From Hemiscyllium ocellatum (Eukaryota), in NCBI RefSeq assembly GCF_020745735.1, contig NC_083431.1, forward strand, positions 8,336,496-8,400,495: a stretch of 64,000 nt of DNA. The letters run 5' to 3'. How positions within the stretch are numbered: position 1 is the stretch's first letter; each line of letters starts with the position of its first letter. Positions 11,634 to 24,835 of the stretch are shown here, in pieces. The position numbers were made by a program, and so were the translations under genes. Below the pieces are notes generated by a model. The model had not been told where the DNA came from, did no database searches, and saw only the letters and a list, made by a program, of their open reading frames with translations.

Positions 11634-14444
11634 GTGGAGAAGGTAGCACTGACAGGGAATACTTGCGGACACAGAGATGGGCTCAAGTGCATATACTTCA
11701 ATGCAAGGAGTATCAGAAATAAGGTGGGTGAACTTAAGGCGTGGATCGGTACCTGGGACTACGATGTTATGGCCATCACGGAAACGTGGATAGACGAGGG
11801 ACAGGAATGGTTGTTGGAGGTTCCTGGTTACAGATGTTTCAGTAAGATTAGGGAGGGTGGTAAAAATGGAGGGGGGGTGGCATTGCTAATTAGAAATGGT
11901 GTAATGGCTGCAGAAAGGAAGTTTGAGGGGGATCTGCCTTTGGAGGTAGTATGGGCTGAAGTCAGAAATAGGAAAGGTGCAGTCACCTTGTTGGGTGTTT
12001 ACTATAGGCCCCCCAATAGCAGCAGAGATGTGGAGAAACAGATTGGGAAACAGATTTTGGAAAGGTGCAGAAGCCACAGGGTCGTAGTCATGGGCGACTT
12101 CAACTTCACAAATATTGATTGGAAGCTCTTTAGATCAAGTAGATTGGATGGGGCGGTGTTTGTGCAGTGTGTCCAGGAAGCTTTTCTAACTCAGTATGTA
12201 GATTGTCCAACCAGAGGGGAGGCCATATTGGATTTGGTACTCGGTAATGAACCGGGACAAGTGATGGGCTTGTTAGTGGGTGAACATTTTGGTGATGGTG
12301 ACCACAATTCTGTGACTTTCACCTTGGTTATGGAGAGAGATAGGTGCGCACAACAGGGTAGATTTTACAATTGGGGGAAGGGAAATTACGATGCTGTAAG
12401 ACAGGATTTGAGGAGCATAAGTTGGGAGCATAGGCTGTCAAGGAAGGATGTGGTGGAAATGTGGAACTTTTTCAAGGAACAGATACGACGTGTCCTTGAT
12501 ATGTATGTACCTACCAGGCAGGAAAGAAATGGTTGTGTGAGGGAGCCTTGGTTGACGAGGGAGGTTGAATGTCTAGTAAAGAGGAAGAAGGAGGCTTACA
12601 AAAGGTTGAGGAAACAGGGTTCAGACAGAGCAGTGGAGGGATACAGGATAGCCAAAGGGACCTGAAGAAAGGGATTAGGAGAGCTAAGAGAGGGCATGAA
12701 AAATCCTTGGCGGATAGGATCAAGGTTAACCCCAAGGCATTTTATGCGTATGTGAGAAACATGAGAATGACGAGAACGAGGGTAGGTCCGATCAAGGACA
12801 GTAGTGGGAGATTGTGTATTGAGTCGGAAGAGATAGGAGAGGTCTTGAATGAGTACTTTTCTTCAGTATTTACGAACGAGAGGGACCGTATTGTTGAAGA
12901 GGAGTGTGTGAAACGGACTGGTAAGCTAGAAGAGATACTTGTTAGGAAGGAAGATGTGTTGGACATTTTGAACAACTTGAGGACAGACAAGTCCCCCGGG
13001 CCTGACGGGATATATCCTAGGATTTTGTGGGAAGCAAGAGAGGAAATTGCAGTACCGTTGGCAATGATCTTCTCGTCTTCACTGTCAACGGGGGTGGTAC
13101 CAGGGGACTGGAGAGTAGCGAATGTTGTACCCCTGTTCAAAAAAGGGAATAGGGATAACCCCAGGAATTACAGGCCAGTTAGTCTTACTTCTGTGGCAGG
13201 CAAAGTAATGGAAAGGGTACTGAGGGATAGGATTTATGAGTATCTGGAAAGACACTGCTTGATTAGGGACAGCCAGCACGGATTTGTGAAGGGTAGGTCT
13301 TGCCTTACAAGTCTTATTGAATTCTTCGAGGAGGTGACCAAGCATGTGGATGAGGGTAGAGCAGTGGATGTAGTGTACATGGATTTTAGTAAGGCATTTG
13401 ATAAGGTTCCCCATGGTAGGCTTATGCGGGAAGTCAGCAGGCATGGGATAGAGGGAAATTTGGCCAATTGGATAGAAAACTGGCTAACCGGTCGAAGTCA
13501 GAGAGTGGTGGTAGATGGTAAATATTCAGCCTGGAGCCCAGTTACAAGTGGAGTTCCGCAGGGATCAGTTCTGGGTCCTCTGCTGTTTGTAATTTTTATT
13601 AATGGCTTGGATGAGGGAATCGAAGGGTGGGTCAGTAAATTTGCAGATGATACGAAGATTGGTGGAGTTGTGGACAGTGAGGAGGGCTGTTGTCGGCTGC
13701 AAAGGGACTTAGATATGATGCAGAGCTGGGCTGAGGAGTGGCAGATGGAGTTCAACCCTGTCAAGTGTGAGGTTGTCCATTTTGGAAGAACAAATAAGAA
13801 TACGGAATACAGGGTTAACGGTAGGGTTCTCAGTCAGGTGGAGGAACAGAGGGATCTTGGGGTCTATGTACATAGATCTTTGAAAGTTGCCACTCAGGTG
13901 GATAGAGCTTGTAAGAAGGCCTATGGTGTATTAGCGTTCATTAGCAGAGGGATTGAATTCAAGAGTCGTGAAGTGATGTTGCAGCTGTACAGGACTTTGG
14001 TTAGGCCACATTTGGAGTACTGCGTGCAGTTCTGGTCGCCTCACTTTAGGAAAGATGTGGAAGCTTTGGAGAGAGTGCAGAGAAGATTTACCAGGATGTT
14101 GCCTGGAATGGAGAATAGGTCATATGAGGATAGGTTGAGTTCTCGGCCTTTTCTCGTTGGAACGGCGAAGGATGAGGGGTGACTTGATAGAGGTTTATAA
14201 GATGATCAGAGGAATAGATAGAGTAGACAGTCAGAAACTTTTTCCCCGGGTACAACAGAGTGTTACAAGGGGACATAAATTTAAGGTGAAGGGTGGAAGG
14301 TATAGGGGAGATGTCAGGGGTGGGTTCTTTACCCAGAGAGTGGTGGGGGCATGGAATGCGCTGCCTGTGGGAGTGGTAGAGTCAGAATCATTGGCGACCT
14401 TTAAGCGGCAATTGGATAGGTACACGGATGGGTGCTTAATCTAG
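11634..14444 (+). pseudogene. CR1 ORF2 (AP endonuclease plus reverse transcriptase), two frameshifts
   Basis: APE motifs YFNARS, ITETW, GDFN, GDGDH. RT motifs YRPVSLTS, DFSKAFD, GVPQGSVLGP, FADD. Frame breaks near 12655 and 14140. Confidence 0.95.
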
Positions 14445-16219
14445 GATAGATGTTCGGCACAACATCATGGGCCGAAGGGCCTGTTCTGTGCTGTATTGTT
14501 CTATGTTCTATCTATGTTCTATGTTCATTGAGCTAAATGTTAACACTGTTTTGCTCTCCACAGGTAGTGCCTTCCTTGCTGAGTGTATGTAAAAATGTTT
14601 ATTTCCGATCCACAATATTTTTCTTTTTCACACTGTGCAAACAACTTTTAGAATTGTCATTAATATTCTGCAACTAGCCAATAGATGGTGAGGTGGAGTC
14701 AGAATGGCTATCCAACTTGTCCTCAAGGAATCATGCATGGTTCTTACACATCATCTCTTCATGACTAAGGTTAGTGACTCAGTTATGCACGGAATCACTA
14801 CATTGTCTGTGTTGGCATTACAACATTTACTTCATAGTTCTGCCCTCCCACATCCCCCCCAAAGCTCATTAAAAAAAATTGTGAAAAGTACCTGGTGTAA
14901 AGGAAGCCAATGTTTCTGGGACTTCCCCATTGCGGGACGGGTAATCTCCTGGGTCTCAACCTCTCTAAAAGGTCTTACTTTTGCTGCCAATTTCATACAG
15001 CTCTGGTGCTTCTTCTTATTCCTGTACTGTTCATTTGTCTTCAACTTCTATCGGTCAATCCCTATGCTCAGTCTTCTGTACTTCAGATTTAATTACTAGA
15101 TGAGCCTTCAGCCTGTGCCCTCCCAGTCAACTGGAGGTTCGCAAGACTTCCACGATTCTGGAAATTGGTCTCCCATGTATGGATGATGAGATATCAACAC
15201 TTTCTACTCTATAATTAATGTTAATAATGCAAACATGATTCGACTGACTCCTAGCACCATATAAATGTTAACATATCGAAAACTACTTTTTAACTGCTAA
15301 AATATTCCACATTACACTACATTTTTCTACTGAAAGCTGCAAAATCTGCATATATGCCTAACCCAAATGGAGTCGCATGGTAGGTCAGTTAGATGAGTTT
15401 TAAAGTCTGAAAAGAGAGAGATTGGGGTAACTTTAGGTTGAATTGGTGGGGGAGGAGATGAAGTACCTTCCATGAAATAAGTTCATGAAACAGTAGGCAT
15501 TTAGGACAAAATGGATGCATTTATGTTAAATGTGCTTTCCTGGTTGGGCCTACAAATAATCAGTTCCTGAATTTAATTTTATTCCTCACAATTTGTTCCC
15601 CGCTGGTCTAATACCAGAACATGATACTACTCAGTTGCAAATAAACGCTTATATGAACCGTTTTGGATTCTTATTTTCATGATATATTAAGCTTTGTTAA
15701 GAATATTGAGTTTAACACATCATAATGAACAGTCTATATAGTATATTATTGCTGCTGTACATCAAGAACACACTCTGTGCTATGACTGCTATTGAAAAGT
15801 CAAGATTCTTATCAATGTCAGCTGTCTTATCCATTCAATTATACTATGAAGCCATTCTATAGCAGTCAGAGTTGCTTCACTTCAATTAGCAATCCTAAAC
15901 TCTTGATATAAAGCTGGCTCAGGGCACAATGTTTAGGCAGTTGACCATAAAGTCCTTATTGCACCTGCTGATAATCCCAACTGCAAGACAAATTCACACT
16001 CAGTTTCCTATTGTATGTAAACTTCCTTTGACTAAAACGATAAGCCAAAATATCTCAAACATCCGTGTCGATATAAACATTATAAAGTAATGTCAGTGCC
16101 TCTCTCTTCTCTCCAACTGTCTGGGGTGTTTGTAATCTCGAAGAATTTGCTAATAATTTACCATTCTTTAGTCTCTTTCCTATTCCAATCAAGATGAAAT
16201 CTTTGAATTTATGACTAAC

Positions 16220-17732
16220 CTGGTTTAGGCAGCAAATGGAACTTATGAACACAGTGTTGATCTGTTAAGCTTCTCTCTTCGCACAACTGGTGCCCGTTAC
16301 TCCAAAACTTGTAGCAGTCCTCATGCAGCTGCATGGCATACTTCTGGAAGGCTGGCCCACGGGCATGCTGGCTGTAGACACGGAGGGCCTGTGCTAACTG
16401 GTTCTTATGGACAGTCGTGGTGTAATGGTGAGGTAGATTTGACTGGTAGGCACTATGTGCCAGAGGCAGGGCCTTTTGGCAACGATTTTCTGAAAACTTA
16501 TTATCTGCATCCAAGAACCCTTCAAGTCCTTTTAACTGACCCTGTATCTTGCAGGACAGATCCCCAGTAAGAAATCCAAGTTCCTCTTCCTTACCGCTTA
16601 GCATGACATCATAGAGTTTTGAAGCCACTGTTAACCAATTTTTATAAGCAGGAAGTTCAAAGTGCGATGGCTGTGGATTCCTCCCTACACTATCCTCAAA
16701 TCCTTTTTTAGTCAGAACCAGCTCGACATGTTGCCATAGGAATTCTTTCAGGGTGCAGTCCACCAGCTGCCCACTGGAACTGTTGAGGCTGCTTTCCAGT
16801 ACGAAGGATGGCTGGCGGACATGCCTCAGCATCTGATAGCGTCGTGACCCAGGCAGAGGGAGGGACTCCTGCTCCCTGATGGCACAAGTGCTTTTCAGCT
16901 GCCCAATCAACATACTGATCGGGTCATCCTCCTGCCCAGCCAGCACATAAACAAATGCCTGGTTGGCAGGAACAGTGAACAGACAGTTAATGCTCTGGTT
17001 GGTCAGGACCCTGCTCTTCCTGAAAATTCTGTAAATCTGATCCTCCAGGGCATGCTGGAGCCTCCTCTTTGGGGAATGCTTCTTGGGCTTATCCAGGTTC
17101 GAGGGATCGAGACCCTTCGGCTCAACCTTTAACGCCCCGTTGAGCTGGAAAATAAAGAGAAGTCTCGGGGGGCAGGGTCTACAGTTCAATCTCCATTCCT
17201 TCCCCACTGGGCAATCCTTAATCGCATTCTTCAGGTAGGGAAGGACCTTTTGCCTGAGGGTATCCAAAGCTCTAAAAAGACGGTCGTAAGTGATGTCGAA
17301 GGAGCAGGTGGGGTGGACCAGGAGGAGGATGTGGGAGACAGAGAAAAGGTAGAGCAGATGGATACAGTGGAGCTTTTCCTCGCCTTTCCAGAACTCGTGG
17401 GCCTCGGCGTGGGAAACCTCGTCGGCCAGGGCCCTGCAGGCCTGCAGCAGCTGCTGGTGGTCACAAACGGCGGTGAGGAGCAGGTAGAGGACTTTGCTGT
17501 CCTGGTTGTAGTAGCACTGCAGCAAGTTGTTGCCCTGATGATGGCCGCCGGGCAGCCCCGGGTAGAGGGGGAAGACCGGCTTGTCGCACAGGGTGTTGAT
17601 AATAGCATGTTTCTGCGCGCTCAGATCCGAGGTCTTGCCAAATATCCCCACCACGCACATCTCCTCATCTTTCCAGGACGCCTCCTCGCCGTCCGAGGCC
17701 AACACGGCTCCCAACGCCCTGGCCGCCGCCAT
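16220..17732 (-). CDS. SMG8: SMG8 coding exon 1
   Basis: ATG at 17732 in aagATGG context (the ORF-track start at 17786 is GTG). 1513 nt to donor CAG|gttagt. Peptide has CVVGIFGK, LLYLFSVSHILLLVHP, WRLNCRPCPPRLLF and YKFWSNGHQLCEERSLTDQHCVHKFH. Exons 1-3 join in frame (848 codons). Confidence 0.96.
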
Positions 17733-17860
17733 CTTGCGCACCGTCCCGTCTTCAAGTCCGTCCGGCGGAGGAACCGCCGCGCCCACAATCGTTCCAGACC
17801 GTAAGTCCCGCCGTTCATCTCATCCGGCCGGAAACAAAACGCTGACCCGCATTTCAGCTT
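17250..17860 (-). promoter_or_regulatory. SMG8 CpG island / promoter-proximal region
   Basis: CpG-rich within a CpG-poor genome. YY1-like GCCGCCATCTTG over the start codon (17725-17736) and ETS-like CCGGAA (17828-17833). Confidence 0.6.
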
Positions 17861-19178
17861 CAGGAATCAGTAGAGAATAATTGGATCACTCCTTCCCTTC
17901 CCATCTCCTGCCTCAAACCCCCACCCCACTTATTGTCCCCTTTCTGTAATGATCGGGCTGCCAGGTCTCTCGGCACCAAACCACAAAATGTTTTTGCTAA
18001 CTCTGGCATTTTTAATCTCCAGAAAAATATATTTAAAAAGACGATAGCTGACAGACCTGGCAGAGGCAACCTTTGGGTGTGAAATTACTCATAATAACAG
18101 GTTTACAACGTCACGATGGCTAATCACAAGTCTTACTCTTAACATTTTCCCAATGTTTACAAGGTCTGTTTTTTAAAAAGCTAAGTTTTTAAAAAATCCC
18201 TCTACCTTGCAGGACATCTTACCCGAATAAGACTAAATATTTCCACAAAGTAACACCCACTGAGCCACAACATTACCTCCTTTATTTTTGCAAAGGATCG
18301 TTCGCGAGAGACAACAATGCAATTAAAAATCAAGATTTACATATAAAACATGGATAAATATATTGTAGCATGAGTCATTGAAGGATGGGGTAGAAGTTAC
18401 AATTAAAGAGAACACAGGATAGTTAGATGATAGTTGAAACGCTACTGATTATCACGTGTATATGACTTGAATATGAATTATTCATTTGCAAAGGCTGTGG
18501 TTAAAAGAGGTCCTTTAGAATAAGCACTTAGGTAGTGTATCGTATCGTGTACCAACCATTATTATTTATTTTAGAAAATCGTAATACATTTTGCAATTGT
18601 TGGGAAATATTCTTCAGAAAACTAATACGGAATAGATGAGTTTTAGAGAAAAAAAGTATTTTGGAACGCAGTTTTAAAAAGTTGCTTTTCTCCTCTTAAC
18701 CTGTCTTCGTGACATCAAATTCTACAGGATATTACTTTACAGTTACCGTATACCCCTCTGCCATTTCACCTAAACGCGCACAATGGCCAGTTTTTTAAAA
18801 ACTGGAGCGAGAGAGCTCCCTGACGTGTAAAGTGTCTGATTACTATTTGTAACCAGGTTAACTGCATATTGTCAGCATAATCATGTAAATTAGCGCGTAT
18901 AGATTTCAAGTATTATTTCCTTGGTTAGATACTGATATTTTGGAATCACGTAATCTTGTTGTACAAGGCCATCTTATCTGTTATGGCTCTTTGAAGAAAG
19001 CATCAGTTACAACCATGCACTGCCCCACCCCAAGAGTCACACATTTCCCCCCCCAACTGTATACTCAAATTCCTTTTGAAAGTTACTACTGAAATCTACT
19101 TTCTACACCGTGTCAGGTGAGAATAGATGTGTATTCACAAAGCACCTTTCATAACCAGAGCATGTCCAAAACAGGTAA

Positions 19179-19396
19179 GATTCTGGATCAGTGGTGCTGG
19201 AAGAGCAAAGCAGTTCAGGCAGCATCCAACGAGCAGCGAAATCGATGTTTCTGGCAAAAGCCCTTTATTCCTGACGAAGGGCTTTTGCCCGAAACGTCGA
19301 TTTCGCTGCTCGTTGGATGCTGCCTGAACTGCTGTGCTCTTCCAGCACCGCTGATCCAGAATCTGGTTTCCAGCATCTGCAGTCATTGTTTTTACC
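19179..19396. mobile_element. Palindromic Penelope-type insert with hammerhead core and 13-bp TSD
   Basis: About 90-bp inverted arms. Core CTGACGA-A-GGGC-TTTT-GCCC-GAAAC-GTC (19271-19298). TSD CCAAAACAGGTAA (19166-19178) / CCAAAACAGTTAA (19397-19409). Confidence 0.85.
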
Positions 19397-19489
19397 CCAA
19401 AACAGTTAAAAGCCAATTAAGCATCATAATAAGGGAAATCCTCAAAAGTTGAACTTTTAGTTTTTGAAGGAGATAACAAACACGTGCGC

Positions 19490-19780
19490 TGGAGGCATAG
19501 TGATAATATCATTGGACTCATAACCCAGATCCCCAAACAAGTTCTGAACAAGTGTTTGAATCCCATCATGGATTCTAATGGAAACTAACCTAATGGTAAC
19601 CACGTTACTGTTGTTGATTGTTGGATAAACCACTCTGGTTCACTATTGCCATTTAGAAAAATCTGCCATGCATGGTTTGGCTGGTGAGAGACTCCAGGTC
19701 CCCCCAACATCTGATTGTTACAATAGGCTATTAGGGATACTTTAAGTGCTGGCTCAGCCAGTAACACCACGTCTCATAAA
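19490..19780 (+). mobile_element. Degraded tRNA-derived SINE (second family)
   Basis: tRNA-like head, CTGGTTCACTATTGCCATTTAGAAAAATCTGCC core, and GCTGGCTCAGCCAG tail shared with fragments near 9200, 33720 and 45670. Confidence 0.5.
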
Positions 19781-20395
19781 TGACTACAACAATGCTGATT
19801 TTATTATGTGGTGCAGTCCTGATGAACGGTTTAGCCTGAAAAGTTGACTCTCTCAATCCTCAGAAGCTGCCTGACCTGCTGAGCTTTTTCCAGTGCCACA
19901 TTTGATAAACCCTGACTTCACTAGTTTCTGCAGTCCTCACTACCTCCGATTAAGTGATGCAACTACCAAATTGCACTCTTTTATAGAATCATCTAAGTGA
20001 TGACATAAAGAATATTAAGGAGAGGCTTTTAAACTCCATTGATCTAGCTTTAAATTGCTGGCATTTGAATTCAGTCACTTCAGAATTCCAAACAAGAAAT
20101 TATTTTCTCACCAGTCTACATATTGGTGATTTTACCATTGAGAAAATATAACATGAAGCATAAGTGATTCCACTGTCTAGTTATTCATTGGACTAGGAAA
20201 GAATCAAACTCCAACTGAGAATAATAGAGAAAGATAACGTAATCAGCTTGAAGCTCACTTCTGACATTTAGATGATATAAACTCATTGTCCTTCACTCTG
20301 GCAACGGATGTAATAGTTTCAAATCTTTACAGAATTTTCACCACATCTGAAAATAGTCTGAAGAGAAAGAAAATAAAGATTACTCACAGAAAAAA

Positions 20396-20465
20396 GTGTG
20401 TGTGTGTGTGTGTGTGTTTGGGGTGGGGTGGGGTGGGGTGTTTGGGGTGGGGTGGGGCTGGGGGG
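20396..20465 (+). repeat. (TG)n microsatellite followed by (GGGGT)n G-rich repeat
   Basis: Directly visible in the sequence. Confidence 0.9.
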
Positions 20466-23400
20466 GAGAGAAGGTGTAGAGATGATGGTGATGGTGGGGG
20501 AAAGAGAGAAAGAAAATATCAAACCTGATTCTCTGATGTATCACAGCCCATGGTTGGCTTAAAGAAAAATGTCACCCAATGGAAGAAAACTATATATATA
20601 TCTGATAGGATTATAATTCAGTGAATATTGCACAAGCACAAGCTCAAACATAATTGCAAGATAAATAGCCAGCAATACCAGACAGTCATAGAGCACAGAA
20701 ACAGATTCTTCGGTACAACTCGTCCATACCAACTAAGTTTCCCATAGTTAATGGATGAAGTTTCAGAAGCTACTTGTGCAAGCAGACCTTAACAACAATT
20801 CAATAAGTTTTAAGGAGTTTAGAGGGAAGAGGTGTGAACAGCATATATCTACTGATTACTGTAGGTAGTTTTGGTGAATTTAGTGGAAGGCAAAAGAAAA
20901 ATAAAGTAAAAAATAATGGGGGTTTTAAATAATACAGGAAGCATTTCAAGACAGCAAACCTGGGAGTAACGGTCAGTAATCTCAATATCACAGGATAAAA
21001 TTATTATTATTATATGCTTGTAGATTTGGGGGGCGTTGTTTGTGTCTGTTTTCACGTATGTGGATGCAAGGTAGGGGAAGAAATTGAAATAGCCATGTTA
21101 TAGTATATCTGTACATAATCAAGAGTTTTATAAGTACTTAAACATGTAATCCACAAACTCAGCTTTTCACTTCTGTTTGGGAACAGCCATATCATTGTAG
21201 CAAATCTAGTTAGAACTATCTGCATTATGACCTGAACATTCACAATACATACCAATGCCACAATCTCATCCTTCTCCCAGGGCACATAACCATTAACTCA
21301 TTCTCCCTATTTAATATAACATTAACAAAAATATTATATATCTGAAAGTATAATGGAGTTTTGTTCAATTCAATGAGCCTAAAACAAAGAGGAAAAGGCA
21401 GTTGTATTGGAATTATAGTGAAGAAAAGTTTCTTTATTCAATCAGGTAACCTGCAGAAACATAAGGATGGTCAGATTGTTTCCATCCAATGTTCTCGAGT
21501 CATCCTTATCAAGTATTCAGAGAGAAAATAAATTGAGCAAACTGGCAACATTGCAGCTTTCATAAGAATAGTGGTAAGAAACTTCACTATGAATTTGATC
21601 AAGAAAGAAATTTTGATACAAGTGTTCATTGACTGTTTATTAAAACATTAAAAGTTGATATAATGCACTGGACTAGCATAACCCAGATTCAAATGCATTA
21701 TTACAAAGAAATAACTTGTATAAAAGCCATTTTTAAAAAATTAAGCATGTACAAAGTTAAAAATTGACAAAAACTATTTTTACCCTTTGTATAGTGCAAT
21801 TTTCAAACCTAGATTTACTTGGCTTTTGGTTTTGCAATAACTTTGCCAATGATGGCCACAACTTTCACTTCTAAATGTAAATAAGGTCAAAGATCTTAAT
21901 ATGAAACCATTTTGTAATAATTACATTTTTTTGTTCAAAATGTTCCACAATATAAAGAAGTACATCATTGCATTTTGCTTGAATTGTCTCTATAGCTCTT
22001 TTCCATGTGGCATGGCAACTACAAGATCAATTCTTAATGATTTCAGTTAAAATGACTCCAAGATAATGCCACCAATTGACCCCAAAATGGAGTAGTGCAC
22101 CCAGTCTTCTTGCAATTAGAAAATTTACATTCCAAAGACAAAAAGCACTCTTCTAATTTTCTAGACTGTACTGAACAGAATAGACACTCCAATTTCTTCA
22201 TTCAAGTTGAATCTTAGTAGATAAATTGATCAAGCATCTTAGAACTCTAACCCACTGGAATTCCATTTGGAACCGCAAGCATGAGATCAGAGAAATGAAA
22301 TCCCCACAAACTTTTCCCAATCATACAATTTCTTCATGGCTATACACAGTTAAGGATCACAGACAAAAAAAATTTAATCAGAACAACAATGGTGATTAAA
22401 TTTGTATTTGCAAACCAAAAACATTTTGTTCAGTAACTAGGCAAGCAATATAAACAAATTGACAAGACTTTTATCATAATATTACTCAGAGATATACAAC
22501 ATTTTAATACTGTTTCCATATCAATGGGGACAGGTAACAGACGCTTATGAGATTTTCACATAACTTGACAAACCTTTTTCAGATTTCCAAGCAACTGTCA
22601 AAATACATGCCTGGGAACAGCATAACATTGTTATAGGCAATTGATATTTTGAACAACAGGGTTACGGTTAGGATTTTTAAGAGAATCAGAAAGAGTTGTG
22701 AACGTTAGAAACTATTTCTAAAGTACACAAACCTGTTGAAAAGGAAAAATTGCTGCAGAGCACTTCTCAGGAGATGGGGTGCAGGTAATTATTATGTTAC
22801 TGGATATTGGGAAGCATTCTCCATTCACCAGACATACATAGAATCAAGGGCTTGTTCAGGGTAATTTATACCTGTTTATGTGCAATAAAATAAAACAAAA
22901 CTGTTCTGAAGAAGGACTTGAAACATTAACTCTTCTTTCCACATTTGCGGCCAGAGCTGCTGAATTTTCCCAGCAATTTCTGTTTTTGTTTCTGATTGCC
23001 AGCATCCACAGTTTTGTTTTCTTAGAAAAAAAACATAAACACCTATCCAGACAACCAAATAATTCAATTCCCAGCACCACTAAGACAGAATTTATAATAA
23101 TAAACAACACATCATTTGACTCTACCCTGACTACTTTGGAAGACAATCTGATAATTTACCCCAACACATTAAAAAAACACAGATGCAAGTAAATACACTA
23201 TAAGTAGATATTTACGTAGTTGAACATTAGGCAGTATTCATTTGCTTAAAAAAAACAAATTAAAACACATTCAGAACTGTATCCAGCAGCTCAGAAGTAC
23301 TTCATACAAGAACCTGAATCCAGAAAAGCACATCATCTAGAACTACGACATTTCAGTACTTAAGCTGAAGTTTATGAAAACATTAATTTCTGTATAAACA

Positions 23401-24775
23401 CTTTTTGAAATACAGGTACCATATATCCTTAAGCCTTGACTGATGGATAATCAATGATCTGGTGTATAAACTGATCCCCAACCTTTAGCAAAAAAAAACA
23501 AAAGATGATTGGCTTCAGGTGAGTGGGTAGTAAGTACAAACACATTCATTGATTACCACATCATTTTGGGTGACTGTTCAGCTCCTCATATCTGCACATG
23601 TCAAGGCTTCGTTTTTAGCAGGAAAAGTGTCCAATCTGGCAGCTCTGTGACAGTAAGGGTGGATCTTAATCCCTCAAAATTACTCATATAGAAGTTGACT
23701 CTCTAATTTTTAGCTAAATCATTACTCTGCAAAACTAGACTTTTACAAGAGTAAATGCAATACGTATTAATTGGATAGGGAATAAAAGAAAGACAAAAAT
23801 GTTTTGGGCACAAAGTTTCTTTCCATTTACTGAAAAAAAGAAAAGCTGATCATCCATATCTTTGAAATACACATCCAACCGCATCATGGAAATATCTTGG
23901 TTTTTGTAATAATGTTCTGAGAACCTCTGACATATTAACAGAAAATACATGTGAAGTGCAGATAGATACTAATGCTAGCAAAATATTTCAGATGACAGAG
24001 CTACAATTGTTTTATATTACAGTATTCTCCAATTACATTGTTATTAACCTGGAGATGGTAACCCTTAAACTTGTGATCCAGATTACTTCATCCCCATCAC
24101 ATAAAAGAGGTGGTAAGTACAAACAACTATTTATTTGCTGCCAGTGTACACTAAGACATTTATAGCATTTGCAATGCTACAAAGTGCTATTTAATGAGTG
24201 AATTTGCAGTATATTGGCATATTGACATCCTCTACTGCTGTGGTCCATTTGGGTTCACATTGGATCAAAGACCAAATATCTATCAACTCTGTAAATTGCA
24301 AAAATCAAACTTCAGGGCAAATCTACAGCTGAAGATGATCATTTCCACAATGGTCACAGGAATTCAATATTAATAGATATTTAATAAATGTAGGGGAAAT
24401 AGTATTAATTAAAAACAGAAAACCAAAAATATTGGAAAATGGAATACAATGAGCTTTTTCTACATTCTTAGATGGCAATTTAAAAAAAATTGAAAGCAGA
24501 GTTATATAAACAGATGACAGTATCACAGGTCAGGCAATTAATGATTACCATATAAATATGTATTTGGTGCTGAAATTTAGTTATTTGTCAATAAGAAACA
24601 ATTAAAATGTTGGACCATTTATAATGTGTCTTAAATTGGCTCAATCCTTTTCCTAGTCTTGAGGTTGCAGACTTGCTCTCAGGGGATAGTGTCCAAAAGG
24701 CAATTAGATTAAGGACATCAATGTTAAAAGTTGCAGTTTTAGAACTAAATACATTGCTCCAAATTAGCTTGAGTT

Positions 24776-24835
24776 TTACTCATCAAAGCTGGTGTTCGGA
24801 GTCAAGGAGCAAGGAGGACTTTTGGGATGGGCCAT
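24776..24835 (-). CDS. PRR11: PRR11 last coding exon
   Basis: tttcag|ATG GCC CAT CCC... reads MAHPKSPPCSLTPNTSFDE*, matching the recalled human tail LAHPRSP...SSFDEQN. Confidence 0.9.
   Translation of the reverse strand: MAHPKSPPCSLTPNTSFDE

Larger units (their letters stand above)
10560..14526 (+). mobile_element. Near full-length CR1 LINE in SMG8 intron 1 (antisense to host)
   Basis: ORF1 with Zn-finger/leucine-zipper and esterase regions, APE-RT ORF2, 3' end GGGCCGAAGGGCCTGTTCTGTGCTG and (TTCTATG)n tail. 5' boundary approximate. Confidence 0.95.

Noticed and set aside
17733-17786. 18-aa N-terminal extension of SMG8 given by the ORF track
   Set aside because: It begins at GTG. The ATG at 17732 has a strong context, so the extension is most likely 5' UTR.
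19117-19452. ORFs on both strands with near-identical peptides (also at 40301-40727 and 51447-51713)
   Set aside because: Artefact of the palindromic Penelope repeats; not protein-coding.
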